A stretch of 28,887 nt of DNA from Brevibacterium luteolum (lineage in GTDB: Bacteria > Actinomycetota > Actinomycetes > Actinomycetales > Brevibacteriaceae), in the NCBI RefSeq assembly GCF_013004595.1, contig NZ_JABEMC010000006.1, forward strand, positions 124,001 to 152,887. Reading direction: 5' to 3'. Position 1 is the first letter of the stretch, and every line of letters begins with the position of its first letter. Shown one piece after another: positions 27,158 to 28,887 of this stretch. A program made the position numbers and the translations under genes. The notes below the pieces were generated by a model. It was given only the letters and a program-made list of their open reading frames with translations, did no database searches and was not told the DNA's origin.

Positions 27158-27184
27158 CCTTGACGCAGCGTCAATGTTTAGCGT
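27154..27184 (+). promoter_or_regulatory. MerR/TipA-type promoter with 19-bp spacer and dyad operator
   Basis: -35 TTGACC (27154-27159), perfect dyad TTGACGC-A-GCGTCAA (27160-27174), -10 TAGCGT (27179-27184). The spacer is 19 bp and the ATG follows 7 nt later at 27192. Confidence 0.85.
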
Positions 27185-27191
27185 CGCGAGC

Positions 27192-28097
27192 ATGACAGTG
27201 ACGATGATTGACAGTGCCGCTGGGATGCGGGCGATGGTGAGCAGTTCTCCGGAGCAGTGGAAGGACGCAGCTCGCAGACTGTGGGAGCCGATGGCGGGGA
27301 TGTACTTCTTCATTCCCGGTGGACCTGATCTGGCCGCGGTTCACAGCCAGAACTTCGGTTTCAGACCCTCCGTAGCGGCAGACAAGATCCTCGGCGCGGT
27401 CGACGCTTTGGAACGCGCCGATGCTTGGGGCCGTGTCGAGCGAGCGCTCGAAACGGGGCTGCGGGAGCTGAGTGCCGCCGATCCGACTGTGGCGATGCCT
27501 GACCTGAAGGTGTTGCTCGTGCTCGGGGATCCCACCAACAAGCACTTCATGGATGAGATCCGCGGCCTGTCGGCCTTCGGTGGGATCAGCGGGTACATCG
27601 CCATCACGATCTGGCCCACCGACGAGGTTCTGGCGCGGTTGGAGGGCATCGCCCTGCACGAGCTCCACCACAATGTGCGGTACTCGCCAAGACATGTGGT
27701 GTGGAACCCGCAGACGGTGACGGTTGGTGAGCACGTGGTGGCTGAGGGTCTCGCGGACCTGTTCGCCGCCGACATGGTGGGCGAGCAGGGATTCACGCAC
27801 TTCGTCAGCGACCAGACCCGTACCAGTGACGAGGTGCTGCGCCGCGTTGTGGAGGGCTTGGACGTGACTGGCATGCAGGATTTCGCGGCTTGGGTGTTGG
27901 GCGATCCGAGCGCTCGCCTGTTCGGCGCGACACCGGTCGGGCTGTCCACCGGCGCTGGTTACGCTGCCGGGGCTCGCATCGTGTCCGCCTTTCTGGAGGC
28001 CACCGGACAGTCACCCGCCAGGGCTGTGGCCACGCCCGCCTCCGAGATCCTGGCCGTGGCACTGCCACAGTTGGGTCTGACAATGCCTGCCCGCTGA
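27192..28097 (+). CDS. DUF2268-like putative Zn-dependent peptidase
   Basis: HExxH in ALHELHHNVR, downstream VVAEGLADLFA (third ligand) and GAGYAAG..IV..FL. Start placed at ATG 27192 from promoter geometry. Confidence 0.8.
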   Translation: MTVTMIDSAAGMRAMVSSSPEQWKDAARRLWEPMAGMYFFIPGGPDLAAVHSQNFGFRPSVAADKILGAVDALERADAWGRVERALETGLRELSAADPTVAMPDLKVLLVLGDPTNKHFMDEIRGLSAFGGISGYIAITIWPTDEVLARLEGIALHELHHNVRYSPRHVVWNPQTVTVGEHVVAEGLADLFAADMVGEQGFTHFVSDQTRTSDEVLRRVVEGLDVTGMQDFAAWVLGDPSARLFGATPVGLSTGAGYAAGARIVSAFLEATGQSPARAVATPASEILAVALPQLGLTMPAR

Positions 28098-28111
28098 CGA
28101 GAGAGGCCGAG

Positions 28112-28786
28112 ATGGTGGAGTGGACCGTCCAAGAACTCGCTGACCGCGCCGGCATCAGCGCCAGGACATTGCGTCACTATCACCAGATCGGCCTGCTCGT
28201 CCCGGACCGGATCGGTGCGAACGGCTACCGCTACTACGGACCCGTCGCCGTGGCACGCCTGCAACGCATCCTGCTCCTGCGTGAAGCTGGCCTGGCTTTG
28301 AGTGCGATCAGCGAAGCACTGGCAAGTGACGCGAACCCAGGAGACGAGATCACCGCCCTCGAGGCGCACCTGACACACCTCGAGCACGAGCGGGAAGCAC
28401 TGGGACGTCGTATCGCGTCCGTCGAGCACACAGTGGCGATGAGACGCGAGGGGCGCCAGCCGCGGATGGACATGATGCTCGAAGGCTTCAACGACCGCTA
28501 CGAGGCTGAGGTGACCCAACGATGGGGACGCGTGGTCTTCGAGCAGTCCAACCGGTGGTGGCATGCCAAGAGCCTCACCCAGCAGCGCCAGTTCCAAGCC
28601 GATGCCGAGCGACTCTTGGCGCGGTGGGGCGAACTTCACCAGTCGGGTGTCTCCCCATTCTGCGACCCGGCCCAACAGCACGCAGCCGCCCACGCCGCCT
28701 GGTTCGCCCAGATCCCCGGGACGCCCGGGCATGCCGGCGATCTGGACAAGACCCGCGCCATGAACCGTCCTGGGTTTCGTTCCTAG
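28112..28786 (+). pseudogene. MerR-family regulator, TipA-like, C-terminus interrupted by an IS at 28761
   Basis: WTVQELADRAGISARTLRHYHQIGLL.P...NGYRYY...RLQRILLLREAGLALSAI is a MerR HTH. FNDRYEAEVTQRWG and P....AQQHAAAHAAW resemble TipAS. ATG follows GAGAGG. The last 8 codons come from the IS end. Confidence 0.85.
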
Positions 28787-28887
28787 ATGGTTGGTAAAGA
28801 CAGTTCATCGTTGGTGAGGCTTTCGGCGTATTGGGCTTCGACTTCTGCTGGTGTCTTGTAGCCCAGTGCTTCGTGCAGCCGGGTGGT
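28761..28887 (-). mobile_element. IS3-family element (IS6110/IS51-group-like), right end; continues beyond the window
   Basis: Terminal TGAACCGTCCTGGGTTTCGTTCC resembles the TGAACCGCCCCGG end of IS6110-type elements. The transposase 3' end is adjacent. Confidence 0.88.
28783..28887 (-). CDS. IS3-family transposase (OrfB) C-terminal fragment, 5'-partial
   Basis: Minus-strand translation TTRLHEALGYKTPAEVEAQYAESLTNDELSLPTI-stop contains the R.H..LGY.TP.E.E motif of IS3 transposase C-termini. It is not in the ORF track. Confidence 0.88.
   Translation of the reverse strand, partial: TTRLHEALGYKTPAEVEAQYAESLTNDELSLPTI

Overview
High-GC actinobacterial chromosome segment; the gene order looks Micrococcales-like and Brevibacterium is plausible but unproven. 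Bases 1-20100 are mostly intact housekeeping DNA: the 3' part of a NarL/LuxR regulator, glmM, rpsI, rplM, two tandem paralogous uncharacterised membrane proteins, an LPXTG 5'-nucleotidase, truA, a LemA protein, a GT4 mannosyltransferase-like gene, bioYMN with a BioQ-type operator, guaA, DUF3817, SURF1 and guaB3. From about 20160 to the end is a decaying accessory mosaic. It holds a DinB/DUF664 remnant, an intact Vat-like acetyltransferase, an ABC-F 3' remnant, a frameshifted large serine recombinase, and a small convergent ORF preceded by two NrdR-box-like motifs 32 bp apart. It also holds an ScbR/ArpA-like TetR receptor divergent from an ACP + PLP alpha-oxoamine synthase + DHA2 MFS operon, a 19-bp-spacer MerR promoter driving a DUF2268 HExxH peptidase and a TipA-like regulator, and an IS3-family end. 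The best candidates for new biology are the receptor/ACP/oxoamine-synthase/exporter module, the possible NrdR control of an integrase-adjacent gene, and the TipA-like/peptidase operon. All family calls come from motif recognition by eye; no database search was run.
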